Part shown: piece after piece, positions 1 through 12,435 of the stretch
Numbering within the stretch: the stretch's first letter is position 1
How the letters are laid out: each line of letters begins with the position of its first letter
Source: Trichodelitschia bisporula
Lineage: Eukaryota
Direction: 5' to 3'
Length of the DNA stretch: 64,000 nucleotides
Assembly (NCBI GenBank): GCA_010356995.1
Contig: ML996696.1
Coordinates: 808,364-872,363, forward strand
Notes under the pieces: generated by a model
What the model saw: the letters and a program-made list of their open reading frames with translations, nothing else
What the model was told of the DNA's origin: nothing
The model's database searches: none
Translations under genes and position numbers: made by a program

Positions 1-182
1 AGTACGAAAGACGGCGCAGAGGAGAGCAAAGATGGAGGTGGAGAGCATAAGGTCGGAGATGCCGACGATGCCATGGTTGATGTACCCGCAACTACATAGG
101 GAACCAACATTGGGCGTGAAGCCGCTCCAATGGTATGCCTGGCGGTGTAGTTCTCATCTTGCTACTCAACTACCACCCCACA

Positions 183-1110
183 TCACCGCCCCTCAAAAAC
201 CGGCTTCCTCTTCTCCGCAAACGCCTTGAGTGCCTCAACCCGATCACTCGTCCTAAGCACAACCTCATACGCCTCATCCTCCGCCTCTTGCCCTCTCTTC
301 CACCCATTTACCGCCCTCAACGCTTGCCGTACCGCCACCGGCCCCCCCTCACAGATCTCCCTCGCCAGCTCCTCCGCCTCCACCATAACCATCTCCCTCA
401 CAATCTCCCCATGCTCCCCCTCATTAACCTCCACCAACCGATCGCACAGCCCGAGGAAATACGCTTCGGACCCGCTAACCCGCCTTCCCGTGAGAATCAT
501 ATCCCGCGCCCGCCCGACCCCGATCAGCGCAGGCAGGCGGTGTGTACCGCCGGCACCGGGTATAATCCCGAGCCTAGTCTCCGGCAAGCCAACGAGCGTG
601 TTCTCCGCAAAAACGCGCAGGTGCATCGCAAGCGCCAGCTCCAACCCCCCACCAAACGCACTACCATGCACAGCCGCGATCGTCGGAATAGGCAGTGCCG
701 CCAGGGCCGCGAACGTAGAGCGGAGATTCGCAAGGAATGCACGGGTTCTGGGAGCGTCAGCAGTGTCCTAACTCCGCATATTATCTCTCTAGTAAAACCC
801 ACTCATCCTCGTCCATCCCCTTCCTCTCCTTCAGATCCGCGCCCGCGCAGAACACATTCTCGGCTACGCTCCCGATGACCAGCGCGCGCGTCTCACCGCT
901 CTCGCCTTCTTCATAGAGGCTGTCAACTTCGGAGCGTAGTTCCGCGAGTAATTGCCGCGAGATCGCGTTGCGTGCTGCTGGCCGGTCGAGCTCGAGGACG
1001 CGGATTACGCCTGTGTGGGGTGCGGGGAGGGTGCGGACGCGGATTGTGCGTGCTGGGGTGGAGTAGCACCGGTAGGCGGCGCGGAATAGGTTGACTCGAA
1101 GAGCAGGCAT
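183..1110 (-). CDS. Mitochondrial enoyl-CoA hydratase/methylglutaconyl-CoA hydratase (crotonase family), 2 exons
   Basis: Crotonase motifs ARNAIS, FCAGADLKER, AFGGGLELAL, GLPETRLGIIPGAGGT, EKRKPVF; N-terminal presequence; intron 748-802 (GTGGGT..CTGAC..CAG) joins the two ORFs in frame. Confidence 0.92.
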
Positions 1111-1745
1111 CGTGATGTGGTGGTGACGTTGAGGAGCGCCCGCCCTGTCAACCGAGCTATTTCCGGAACACAGCTTCCCCCGCAGCACGGGCGCGTGGTA
1201 CGGACAAGCTTTGGCGTCCTTGGCGGGGGCGCCGGGGTGGTACGGTACGGGTACCTTGCGCCGTTGTCGGGCCGGTCCAGATACTCGCCGGATTCGGACG
1301 GGGGGAGCGATGCAAGCGGAAGCTGTGATGTAATAAAGCCTGGTCTGCGGTAGGCGATGGGCACAAGGGTAGAAGCTCCTATTGATAACGATACGAATCC
1401 TGCCATGCAACGCTGCCGGCTTCACGAGTTATCGTAAGGTACAAAGTTGCAGCAACTCTCTCGCCTCGAATTCCACCGATTCCGCCGTTTTTCCCGTTGC
1501 GCCACAACTGTAATCGGACCGCCATACTCCTTAGCGCGCCACCCCAAAAGAAAGGGGCGTCAGCCTGCCGAACGTATAAAATCTCAGACGCCCCACGAAC
1601 GCGCCGCTTACGCGCATCGCATTCTTCCTCGTCCGCTCGCTCCGCAAATTCGCCCAAGTCCCTCTCTTCTTCTTGAAATTCACCCAAGTCTCTCCTTCAA
1701 ACCCCCACCAAAACCACAATCATGCACGCCCTTACCCTCTCCTTC

Positions 1746-2432
1746 ATGACCACCTTCCTCCCCTCCGCCCTCACCCTCTCCCTCATGACCGCCTCCTTCC
1801 CCACCGCCTTCGCTGGCGCCGAAACCCGCACCACCGCCACCCCAACCGGCCCCACCGTCCAAGCCTTCCTCGGCTTCGTCGCCGACCCGCAAATCCTCGT
1901 CGCGAGCATCAAATCCGCCAGCCCCTCCGCCACCGTCATGGAAATCGGCTGTCCGGACGGCACCTCCGGCAACGACTGCGGGTTCAACCCGCCCTTGACC
2001 CTAACCCAGGGCCCAACCACCGCTGTCCTCGTCCAGGACCGGCCCGATTACACAGGCTTCACCATGAGCATCGGGTGCAGCCTGGATACGAAGGCGAGCA
2101 CCGCGGTGTGTGTGAGCAGCATGGGTGGTGCTGAGGCGAATTTTCCCGGCGTGGAGACGGGGACGGTGACCGGGACTGATTATGGCTTCTCGCCTGTTAC
2201 GGTTACGGCAGGGGCGGAGAAGTTGAGTGCGGCCTCCGGGAGCGCGACGACGGGGAAGACGTCTGGTACTGCGACGGGGAAGGCGACTGGCACGACGAAG
2301 TCGGGTGCTTCAGCGTCGGGTACGGCCGCTTCGGCTTCGGGATCCAGCACGGGTTCGAGTGGTGCGGGGCGCGTGGTTGGCAGTGGTATTGCGCTCGGGG
2401 TTGTGGCGCTGGCGATATGCATTTTGGCATAG
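1746..2432 (+). CDS. Secreted Ser/Thr-rich GPI-anchored cell-surface protein
   Basis: Signal peptide, small Cys-containing domain, VTVTAGAEKL, S/T/G linker, omega-like SGA plus hydrophobic C-terminus; alternative ATG at 1722. Confidence 0.85.
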   Translation: MTTFLPSALTLSLMTASFPTAFAGAETRTTATPTGPTVQAFLGFVADPQILVASIKSASPSATVMEIGCPDGTSGNDCGFNPPLTLTQGPTTAVLVQDRPDYTGFTMSIGCSLDTKASTAVCVSSMGGAEANFPGVETGTVTGTDYGFSPVTVTAGAEKLSAASGSATTGKTSGTATGKATGTTKSGASASGTAASASGSSTGSSGAGRVVGSGIALGVVALAICILA

Positions 2433-3035
2433 TTGTGCTGTGCTTGATGATACCCAAATTGTACTATTGTTAAAGTTGCTCCGAGCTGGTTGTGGTGATG
2501 CTTGAGATCGTACCTGCCTTGTTCAAGATTCGACTCCTTTACTATTCCCATGGTGGGAAAGGAATTGAGCTCCCTTCGGGGTGGGATCCGGACTGTCAGT
2601 GCAGAGGAGCATGGCGTGGAGATGCACGGAAATGACTGCTTTTCAGCATTCGGCACTCCAGAACCTTTGACGTGTCTATTAGACCCTCCAAGCGGGATTG
2701 CGTCACACAAAAATTAGATACCCATGCACAACATTACTGGCATAAGCTCTGTCGCTCAATGGCTTCAATATAAATAAATTGAATCATCGTTCGTCACCGG
2801 TTCAAGGGAGCATCATCACAAAAGGAAGTGTTCTTCTAAGCAAATTGCTTCTATGATATCGCATCTAAACCCATGCAGTATCGCCTCTGAATCTACCTCT
2901 AATGAGTCGCAAAACGCAGGACTCGAACGCAGAAGACGTAGCTTAGACACGAAATGCTCTACGCCCAAGTCTGGAAACAAAGCCGTGGGTATCCCTTCAT
3001 CAACATCATCATCGTTCAACCATCCGCCTCTAAGC

Positions 3036-4764
3036 TCACGGCCGCAAGTCCACAATATCGAACTCCAGGCCTGCCAGCTCCATGACATGCCCGGGACGCA
3101 TCGCATCCGTGTACACGTTGGGCTCTGGGTGGGGATGGAAAAGCCCGGTTTGCCGGCAGTTCAGCACCGACTTCAAGCCCGGCGGAGCAGTTAAGCGGAA
3201 CACGCCGTACCTATGGTTGTCAGTCTTGCGAAGGTAAGGTGAAAGGGTGACTTACGAAGGATCGTGCTGAGGAGCACACACGATCGCAATGCTCTCGGCC
3301 AGCTGAACCTGGTACCCACTGTGCGTGTGCAGGTCGCGCGAGCTCAAGAAGCAGGTTTGCGTTGGGTGCGTGTGGATCCAGCCGAGGGTCATCAGGTTCT
3401 CCTTGTCGCAGTAGTCGAACAGTGCACCTTCATTCACCGTGTCGCATGTATCTGACGTGCTCTCTTGCTCCGGGATGACAAGCTTGGTGATGAAGAAGGC
3501 GTTGGAGATCAGGTGGCCGCAGAGGATGCCGCAGGTTTCCAGGTTGCGGCGTGTGTTAGAGCGAGCAATATCGAGGAACTGGAATCGTAGATTCGGGTTG
3601 ATAAAGACGGTGCGGAGGGGCTCACCGCCTTCTGTCCAAGCCGAGGGGTTGAAAGTGTAGTCTTTGGAGTCAATATCCGCGGGTGGAGGTGTTTCTGTTG
3701 ACGCTCGAGAAACAGCCTCCAACGGTACTTGATCGAGAACCTTTGCAGGAACTAGCGGCGCCCACGGGTCACACACAACGTTCTCCTTTGGGGGGAGCTT
3801 TGGTGGGATACGTGGGTCTAGCGATGTCCGGGACATGAGATCGTGCAACTCGTACTTTGGAGGAACTTCAGGCCGAGAGTCGGTAGATACGTTCGAGGCG
3901 CTCTTTTGTGGGACCGTAGGATATCGCGGAACCGTAGCCGATTCTGATGACTTCCTGCTAGAACTTTGAGCACTGTTGCGCTCAGAAAAGGCTTGTTCAA
4001 CCCTGCGTTGAGTCGCGATGAGATCCCTCGAAACATCATATGTCTGGTCGTCATATGATGCGCTCCCTCTGCGCGCTGGAGTATGTCCATGCACCGGAGT
4101 GTGCGATGGCAGTCTTTCGGCTCCGTACTGAGCATCGTGTGTCTCTTTACGTCTTCTGAACTCCTTATTAGCAAGCGCAACGGCGTAGCTCCTATTCTCG
4201 CCAGCTTTCAGTTCTTTCCTGTGCTTCTTGCGCTCGGAGCCAGAAGAGGGAGGCCGCAAGCTTTCCCCATCATTCGCCATCGATCTCCTCGTGGATTTGG
4301 GATGCTCTTGCTCCCAACGGTCCTGTCGCGCCTTACGCCGTGCCATGTCGTCAAGATGTTGCTTGTACCGCATGTTGATCCTCGGCTTGAGTTCTTCCAG
4401 CTTCGTAAGGTTCGCCATGGCATCTGCGTACACCCTTCTCCACAACGGACGGTTAGGCGGCAGCCTGATCTCCGGATGCGTGGCCAGTTTCTCCAGCACG
4501 AGGTGCACATGGCGGAAGTAGAAGAGGTATGCATCTTGCTCGTTGCCGTCACGCTCGTACGACTGGGCCTGTGAACGGTTAGCAACGCGATATCACAGCA
4601 TCGTGTTGTGGACAAACTTGTGACTGGATAGCGGCGGCGGTGCGCAGCCAGTACCGCAAGGGAATATCGGGATTGTAGTCGAAGTTGCTAGCTTCTTTCA
4701 CAACGCCTCCCACGTCCAGCGGTTCGTGGCCAAAGCCACTACTCGTGGCGGAGTACAGCGACAT
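3036..4764 (-). CDS. AMSH/STAMBP-like JAMM deubiquitinase (Sst2-like), 3 exons
   Basis: N-terminal 'PLRYWLRTA' USP8-dimer-like region, JAMM motif ETCGILCG...GWIHTHPTQTCFLSSRDLHTH; last exon YGVFRLT..FHPH..DLRP*. Confidence 0.92.
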
Positions 4765-5429
4765 TCCGGGGTGGTGGTGGTGGTGGTGGTTGTGATGTAC
4801 CTGGAGTTGTAATGCGGGGGCGGGGAAGTGAGGGGTTGGTGGCGGTGCCGTTTGGCGCGGCTGCTCGAGTAGCTCTGCCCAGCGCTGTTAGCAGAGATGG
4901 GCTTGGGATGTGATAGTTGGGCGCAAAACATTTTGAACAAGCAGTTTGAGGTTCAACTGCGTTGGGGCCTGGATTAGTAGCAGATCTGACATGGGACGTT
5001 GGCAGTCCCATGGCGGGGGCACATGCACAGTGGCGGCAAGGATCCCGGACAGGTACCGTTGCATCAAAGCCTCAAAGCTGGGATGACTATGAAGAAGTTG
5101 CGACTCGCACTATATCAAGCGTGTAGTTCATCATTCTCTCTATCTACTGTGCAAATAAAAGACAAAGAACAGGTGACTATCTTGAGATATCCATCGGCTT
5201 CAACCAAGAGTATCCCCATCGAAGACTCGTCGCAATGCAGTGTCCATCACAGTACAGTGTCCATAAGCCATAATGTACATTTGAACAGCCCAGATCCCTT
5301 AGGCTCGATGCATCCCACTGCTTGCATACTGTCCCGCCTCTCAGTTGTGGAGGCTCTACCCCGACACTTCGTCCTGTGGTTGGGAGAACTTAGCCGTCAC
5401 TGGTGTGCGTTTAAGCTGTAGCAGAGACT

Positions 5430-5975
5430 CTATTTCTTCTTGGCCTTGGTATCCTTCGACGTAAAGCCCTTCATCGTGGCCATCTGGCCGCCGTCCTTCG
5501 CGTTGGCATCGGGCTGGTATCCACTGATCAAGTCGAGGAGGCTATCATCCTCCTGCTCCACAGAAGCTTCGTCTCCAGCAGCCGCCTAAGCACTGTATTA
5601 GCGAGTGCCCATAACCACGGATGTAATATGAAATACCTCTGCCGCGGCCGCGTCCGCATCCCACCCTCTTCCAAAGCGCTCACGGAAAGCCCTCAGCTTG
5701 CCAGCTTCATCTTCCTCCACGTTGAGCAGCTTCTCGCTGGACGGATTCCATAGCGGCGAGTTCCGCACATCCTTGGTTGATGTATAGACTGGCTGTGGAG
5801 AGGTGGTGCGGTGCATGTATGTGCTGCCGTCAGTGAGGGTCACCAGCTGCGTGAAGGTGTACGGCCGCTTCGGTCGCCGCAGCAGGGTGGCATGTCGCAC
5901 TTGTTGAAAATCGGCACGCTGCAACAAGTCCGGCCTGGCGACTCGCCGGGGTATTGAGCAGAGGATGTTCGACAT
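5430..5975 (-). CDS. MRPL36: Mitochondrial ribosomal protein bL31m (MRPL36-like), 2 exons
   Basis: RRPKRPYTFTQLVTLTDGST, KDVRNSPLWNPS, EEDEAGKLRAFRERFGRGWD; intron near 5588-5637. Confidence 0.85.
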
Positions 5976-6197
5976 TGCAATTGATTGTGGAGCTGCGATG
6001 TTGAGATGGCCGCAACTCGCGATTGGGTTGAACTTTTCGCGTCTTGGCGCGAATGCTTTCGAGCGGAGAAATGACCGCCGTTGTTGAGCGACAACAATCA
6101 AACACCTTTTTGTCTTAAGTTTACTCGCAAAGTGCAGAGCTAAACCGGAGTTTTGCCCGGATCGCTCTCTACCTGAATTGGCCACATACCCTCGAAG

Positions 6198-7106
6198 ATG
6201 GCTGCTGCGGAGGCATTTTCCGTCTTCCGCAGCTGGAACCGTGCCTTGTGTAGGAGCCCTATGCCTTTCTGGAGCGCACCTCACAATCTATTAGGCCCTC
6301 GATGCAGCAAGAGATTGCTGAGATACAATGCACCCTTGCCCTCGCAAGCTGTGATGCGGCAGCATATCCGCTCCTCCTCACACTTCGCGGAGCGTCGTAC
6401 GTCACCGTGGACTGGTGCAGGCGCATGGGCAGCGGGGAACAAGGGACAGCGGAGGAGGAATCATACAGACGCCAGCGAGTCACCAAGATTAGGACGAGAA
6501 GCTGAGACAAATCTCAATCGGTTACGCTCCTTAATGCGTTGCATGCCGCATCCGGTTGTCCTCATCACCACCTGTGCAGAGACCGCTACTCCATCCGAAG
6601 CCGAACGCAAAGAGAGAATACCGCATCATGAAAGAGCCTATGGTGCTATCGTCTCCTCCTTCACAACCGTTACCCTCGGCCCACCCCCAGTTGTCTCCTT
6701 CAACCTGCGCGTTCCTTCCCGGACCCTCAACGGAATCAGCCACAACCAACTGTTCACAGTGCATCTCCTCAAGGCAACTGGGCACGGTGCCGGGATTGCC
6801 GACCTCTTCGTCAAACACGGCCATCCAAAAGCGTTTGAGCTTCTCCCTGAGAGCGAGCATTCTCTGGACCTGCCGTCAGTAGCGGGTGATGCATCTGACG
6901 GCACCGCTTTCTATCCGTTAATTGCGGGAAAGGGAATCATGGGATCCATCGTATGCAGACTGCTTCCAAGCAAATGTGTCACTGTTGATGACCATATCAT
7001 CATGGTCGCCGAAGTCTTAGAAGTGTCGTCCCCCGGCTCCCATCATCGTGGGCTGCTCTACTCGGATGGCAGATATAAGACGCACGGAGACCCTCTAGAG
7101 CCCTGA
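6198..7106 (+). CDS. Flavin reductase-like domain protein, probably mitochondrial
   Basis: LRSLMR..PHPVVLITT, SSFTTVTL, VSFNLRVPSRT, DHIIMVAEV, LLYSDGRY motifs. Confidence 0.8.
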   Translation: MAAAEAFSVFRSWNRALCRSPMPFWSAPHNLLGPRCSKRLLRYNAPLPSQAVMRQHIRSSSHFAERRTSPWTGAGAWAAGNKGQRRRNHTDASESPRLGREAETNLNRLRSLMRCMPHPVVLITTCAETATPSEAERKERIPHHERAYGAIVSSFTTVTLGPPPVVSFNLRVPSRTLNGISHNQLFTVHLLKATGHGAGIADLFVKHGHPKAFELLPESEHSLDLPSVAGDASDGTAFYPLIAGKGIMGSIVCRLLPSKCVTVDDHIIMVAEVLEVSSPGSHHRGLLYSDGRYKTHGDPLEP

Positions 7107-7349
7107 ATGCGGGTTCATTGCGAGAATCGAAGAGAAGGAGTTGATGGATAGAATATACCCCACTGCGAACTGTGGCTTCATTTCCAACAGTTGCTTGGCA
7201 TTGTAGATATTGCGTACATACTGGTTACTTGACGACCAAAGCTAACGGCAGTTGTCGTCAAGCTGCAGCATACAACGCGGCTTGAGAGCTGAACTCCAAG
7301 ACTTGCTCGATAGGTCGTGACTGATCAGACTTTAGATGCCCACGTTGAC

Positions 7350-7848
7350 TCAGCTTCCCTCTTCCATTTTCTCGCCTTCCGAAGCGCTAGGGAGCTTCTC
7401 CAGAAACTCTATAGCTTCCTGCACCAGTTCAGCTTCCTTGGCCAGAGCGAGGTCCTTGGTGCGGCTGTTCAGCCAGCCCATGTTGAGTGACTTGAGTGCG
7501 TCCTTATTGATGCCGGGTCCCAGCCTTTCCGCAGCCTGCTGGTTGGGGAAGATAATGCCTGCAGATTCGAGGGCATCCACCTGTGCGTTCAATTCCTCGT
7601 AAACTTCACGCAAACATTTGTTGAAGGTCTGCACGTGAGCGCTGATGAGGGCCTTGCGATCCGAGCCAGGTGCCACATTGGGCGGTGAGGGATCGCTGAG
7701 AAGTTGGATCGCGGCGCCCGCTTCGCTCAGGAGAGCAGGTACTTTCTATCTCAGTGAGTAACCGCCCAGCAGCTCGCAGACAACATACAGAGCTGGTAGC
7801 TGCAAGTGCCTCGATCTTTTCGCGCTTGAGCACAAATTTAGGGTCCAT
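7350..7848 (-). CDS. MED11: Mediator subunit Med11-like, 2 exons
   Basis: VPALLSEAGAAIQLL and the fungal Med11-type 'LNMGWLNSR' C-terminal motif; intron ~7747-7788. Confidence 0.65.
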
Positions 7849-8502
7849 CCTGATGGCCGTCGGAGTCCAGAGCGTGCTGAATGTGTGATGGCGAAACTCG
7901 TTTACGATGTTTGCAATCCTGTAACCGACGACTCTGCGTCGGCCACACGTTGACCACGCGACCCGGAAGTAGCGAGTACTTGGCGGCGACGTCCTCAACC
8001 GACGGGCGAAGCCCGAAAGGGGCCTTGCTATGTGATTACACAGCCAATTGACATCCGGTTTTGAGATACTTCGACTGATTGTCACGTCGTCGAGGACTGG
8101 CAGTGAGCAATCGGCACAGGCTCTACAGTATTGCGTGAATCTGAAGAAACAGTGGTGGCTGGAAGAGGTCACTGATGTGACCCGATACTCCGTAGTGCGG
8201 CTCTGCGGGAACGCGGTGCACAGACCGCGTTACCTGATGTCCTCATCATCCAATCATCGAGGACGTGAGGCCCAACCGATCATGGTACAACTATTATCCG
8301 ACGGACTGTGAAGACGAGGCAACATCAGCCATCTACGAAGTACGACTACACGTCCCGGATAGGCCCAACCACCACACTTCGTCTCTCTTCAGTATAGTTG
8401 ATCGTATACAATCCATACCACAGAACTCAAATTTCAGTACCTATATCACACGTTGGCAACAATCAGGCGCTAATTCGCGCGCCGTTTGGCCCGACCGCAA
8501 AC

Positions 8503-11164
8503 ATGTCGAACCCACCAGGCGCTCCTTCAAGGAGCGGGAGCATCGCCAACGGGCCTCCCAGCGCCGGGGTTGCTCCAGGTGCTGGCAATCAGCTGCCAAG
8601 CACTCCCAGTACTCCGTCGCAGCAGAATCTCAATCAAATTGTATGTGACTGCGTAAATGCGCTGCTTCGTTCTCCCGCACCTCTACCTTTTTCCACCTCC
8701 GTCTCCCCCTTTCACCTCCACTTTCGCCTACACCTTTTACCCGCACCCTTCACCTACACCCTTTACTTCCAGCCTTGCCTACATCTTTCGCCTCCAACTT
8801 CACCACTCGATTACCACCGCCATGCCTTTGCCAATACTGCCGACAGTGGAAGCTGCTCCACTGTCATATGGCGTACCAGGGCGGCGTTTCTATGGAGAGC
8901 TGCCTGCAGCTTATACGGCGGCGCTTATCATCGATAACCGCTCTGCGTCCGAAGGGCTTCCGGATTACCTATGGGACGACCCTGTATCTATAATCTCCCA
9001 CTAGTGCTCAAGCGTAGTGCGCTTCGCTACGCGTTTAATGCCACTCGCTTCCTTCTCGAACTGGTAGCTGATTGCGATATTTAGGTTCTCGAATACCTCA
9101 GCAAGAAGGGGTACAGCAAGACGGAGTCGATGCTTCGGCGCGAGTCTGCATTTCACGATGCGGAAGGGCGCCCGCTTGTTCGGCGTGCCGAGGACGCCGG
9201 TGGCAAAATGTACGAGAGAGGATATCAGCTCCTCCTCGACCACGTCAGCGATGTCTTGGAAGTGTACAAGCCCGAGCTGTCGCGCTTGCTTTGGCCCGTC
9301 TTCGTGCACTCCGTCCTCAGCCTGGCGCGCAGCCACTACCCGAAGGACTCGGAAACTTTCTTCAACAAGTACAATGACCGCTTCACCCGCGAGCATCAGT
9401 CGGAGCTTGGCCAGCTTCAGACCGTCACTGCCCCGGAGCATGTTGAAGAATCGTCCATTGCCAAAGTCTATATGAGCAACAAATACCGCGTAACGCTGAC
9501 TCCGATGGCCTACAACGTGCTTGTGCAGTTCCTGGAGCAAAAGGAAGAGGACGGCGGATCAGTCATCATCGCGCTGTTGGAGCAGCACCTGCATATCATC
9601 AAGGCAGAACGCGGGGGTCCAGGTGCAGAGCGCAGCCTTGCGGCGATGCTCGCGCGTGGCGGAGAGGAGTATGACATGCCGGCCGAAGACGAAGGTATTC
9701 CGGGCCACAACCCCGGCTCTGCGAACGTCGACCCCAATGCGCCGAACAAACTCCCGAAGTTACTCCTGGCCGCCCCTCCGCTGGACCCAGATGCCATGGA
9801 AGATATTCGCGCGGAGCTTATTGAGGCCGATACGCGCAACCCGCCGCGCCCAGGTCAGTCGTCGCTTCTGGAAGAGTTTGAGCAGAGCATCAAGCAGGAG
9901 CCTCAGGATGAAGCGGCCAGCCGCGATGCTGTGCCGCTTCCGCCCATGATGGCTCGCGATATTGCCATGGAGGTTCAGAATATCCGGGAGCATCGCGACC
10001 GTTTCAGGATAGACCCCAAGTCTAGCGGCGTCGGCCCAGGCGTGAGCGTCTGCCTCTACACGTTTCACAACACCCACAACAGGTGAGTCAGCTGTACTAG
10101 CCGTTGTTTCGTATCTAACAGCCAGCAGTATCAGTGTTATGGAATTCTCGCCTGACCTGAAGTTCGTTGCGGTCGGATTCCAGCAGTCGTACATCCGGGT
10201 TTGGACTGTAGATGGCTCTCCGCTCCCGATTCTTACTCCCGGCCAAGTCAGTGCCGTGACCACCCCGGTCAATTCAAAAAAGTTGATTGGGCATTCCGGT
10301 CCTGTGTACGGTCTGTCCTTCTCCCCTGGCACCCCCAAGCCGTCCGAAGACTCTCCCAACACCAATTCTCGGTACCTTTTGTCTTCCTCTGCTGACGGAA
10401 CGATTCGCCTCTGGGGTTGCGACATGTGGACCTGTCTTGTGTCTTACCGCGGCCACGACGCGCCGGTTTGGGATGTGCGCTGGGGTCCGCATGGTCACTA
10501 CTTCCTCTCCTGTGGACACGACAAAGTGGCTCGCATTTGGACCACAGACGTCATCGCTCCCCTTCGCCTTTTCGTGGGCCACGAGAGCGATGTGGATGTG
10601 GGCTGTTTCCACCCGAGCGGCATCTATGTCTTCACTGGTGGCGATCGGACTGTCCGCATGTGGGAGATCCAGCGCGGCAACGCTGTCCGCATGTTCACGG
10701 GACACACCGGCCATATCACGGCCATCGAGTGCTCCCCCAACGGCCAGTTTCTCGCTAGCGCCGATGACCAGGGCAACATCATCATCTGGGATCTACAGCC
10801 GGGTAACCGGATGAAGCGCATGCGCGGCCATGGCAAGGGAGGCATCTGGTCTCTCTCCTGGAGCGCCGAGTCCAACGTGCTCGTTTCCAGCGGTGCTGAC
10901 TCGGTAATCCGCGTCTGGGATGTTCTGCTTACGCCGTCTGAGAAGAGTGGTGATGGGTTGACCAAGGTTGAGAACGTCGTCTCGGCCGCAGGAGCGACTG
11001 GGGCACCGCAAACTGGTTCCCAAAAGAAGGGCAAGAAGGATGTTGTAGTTACCCCAGATCAGATCAGCGCCTTCAAGACCAAGAAGACGCCTGTCATCAA
11101 GGCCATGTTCACCCGCTCTAACCTAGTGGTTGCTGGCGGCGCTATCAATGAGCTGAGCCATTAG
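8503..11164 (+). CDS. TAF5: TFIID/SAGA subunit TAF5 (LisH, NTD2, WD40), 3 exons
   Basis: QNLNQI|VLEYLSKKGY LisH, ELSRLLWPVFVHS, SVCLYTFHNT, WD40 repeats, TKKTPV; introns 8641-9084 and ~10083-10127. Confidence 0.96.
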
Positions 11165-11459
11165 TTTCCCTTTGCTTTGGCGTCTCGGATGGATGGCGTT
11201 GAGGTCTGGTTAGGATGACTACCCATGGGCGGCGGGCGTTTGGCGAGATAGATACCAACTTTCTAGCGTAGAATCTAATCTATGCTGTGCTACCTGATCT
11301 GAGGTGCCAATATGTGACACTAGCAACTACTTTTGACAGTGCCTTTTGGCTGTGGCTCGGCTTAGCATTCCTCTCCATTCGCCCCCGACAATTCTCTCCA
11401 CGGGGTTCGCTCTGAGCAACCCAGCCTCGTTCGATATCCCTTCCCTGTAGCAGCGCCGT

Positions 11460-12018
11460 TCATGACGGAGTGGCTGCTTGCAACTGAGTCTGAAGCTGAT
11501 AGATCTATTCAAAGCGTTAGCAGTCCTCGCAGTATTGCTCTATTAACTGCCTACCTCCATCTTCTTGGTCTCGCTCGTTTGCTGGATATCAGCAATTTTC
11601 TTCTCGATCCGGTTTCTGTGGCAGTTAGTGTCTAAGCCATTTTGCAGTAAACTGTCAAACCCACATCTCCTTCTCAATAAACTCTAACCGACCGTTAACC
11701 GCCATTTCTGCTTCATTTCTCTCCTGCTTTAGCAAGACCGGACCGATGAGTTTGTAGATGTTGTCATCGTCCGTGAGCTTGGCGAATTCCTGCAGCACGG
11801 TCAGATCACATCCCACGAACAGAGCAGTGATATGTACCTTTTGCACAGCTTTGTTTTCCTGCTGCTGAGACTCGAGCTTCTGGCGCGCCGCCACGTTTGT
11901 CGAGAGATCTGTGACGAAATTAGGCTTGTACGTATTCGAGAATCTCGATGTGATTACCAGTTTCTAACGACCGGTACTCTTCGGACAAATCCTGAAGCCT
12001 TTTTTGCGGATTCGCCAT
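11460..12018 (-). CDS. YKE2: Prefoldin subunit 6 (Yke2/Gim1), multi-exon
   Basis: ARQKLESQQQENKAVQK|EF..NIYKLIGPVLLKQE..VNGRLEFIEKE. Confidence 0.9.
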
Positions 12019-12435
12019 CTTCAAGTCCTCTCTGACTACGGCACAGTAATCTGTTCGACCTTTTATATGGAGGGAGGCATCCGCCTCTTCGCGAGCCACC
12101 CCCACCAAAGCAACGACCTCGCCAAGCCGGCCCGATCCAGTGACATCGTCCTTTGTTTGGGGCCAGGCGTTGCTCGCCGCAACCACAACACCGCTTTGCG
12201 ACTCGAACTGTGCAAAAATCAACCCATATCTCCACTGCCATCTAACCGCGCCGTATACAACACTTACCGTTTCATTCAGACCGCTCGCCCTCTTCTCGCC
12301 GTGCTCCCCGCGCCCAGCGTCCAGACCCCCGCTGCAGGCCCCAACGACCCCGCTGCACTCACCCGCACCTCCGATCGGACATCACCCAGGCCGGGCCATA
12401 GCTAGTACACACGGTCGCTCGTCCCGGACTGCAGG

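Noticed and set aside
135..878. Long + strand ORFs opposite the hydratase, and similar antisense ORFs over TAF5, NOP9, TIP20 and CHS4-like
   Set aside because: Shadow ORFs from GC-rich codon bias
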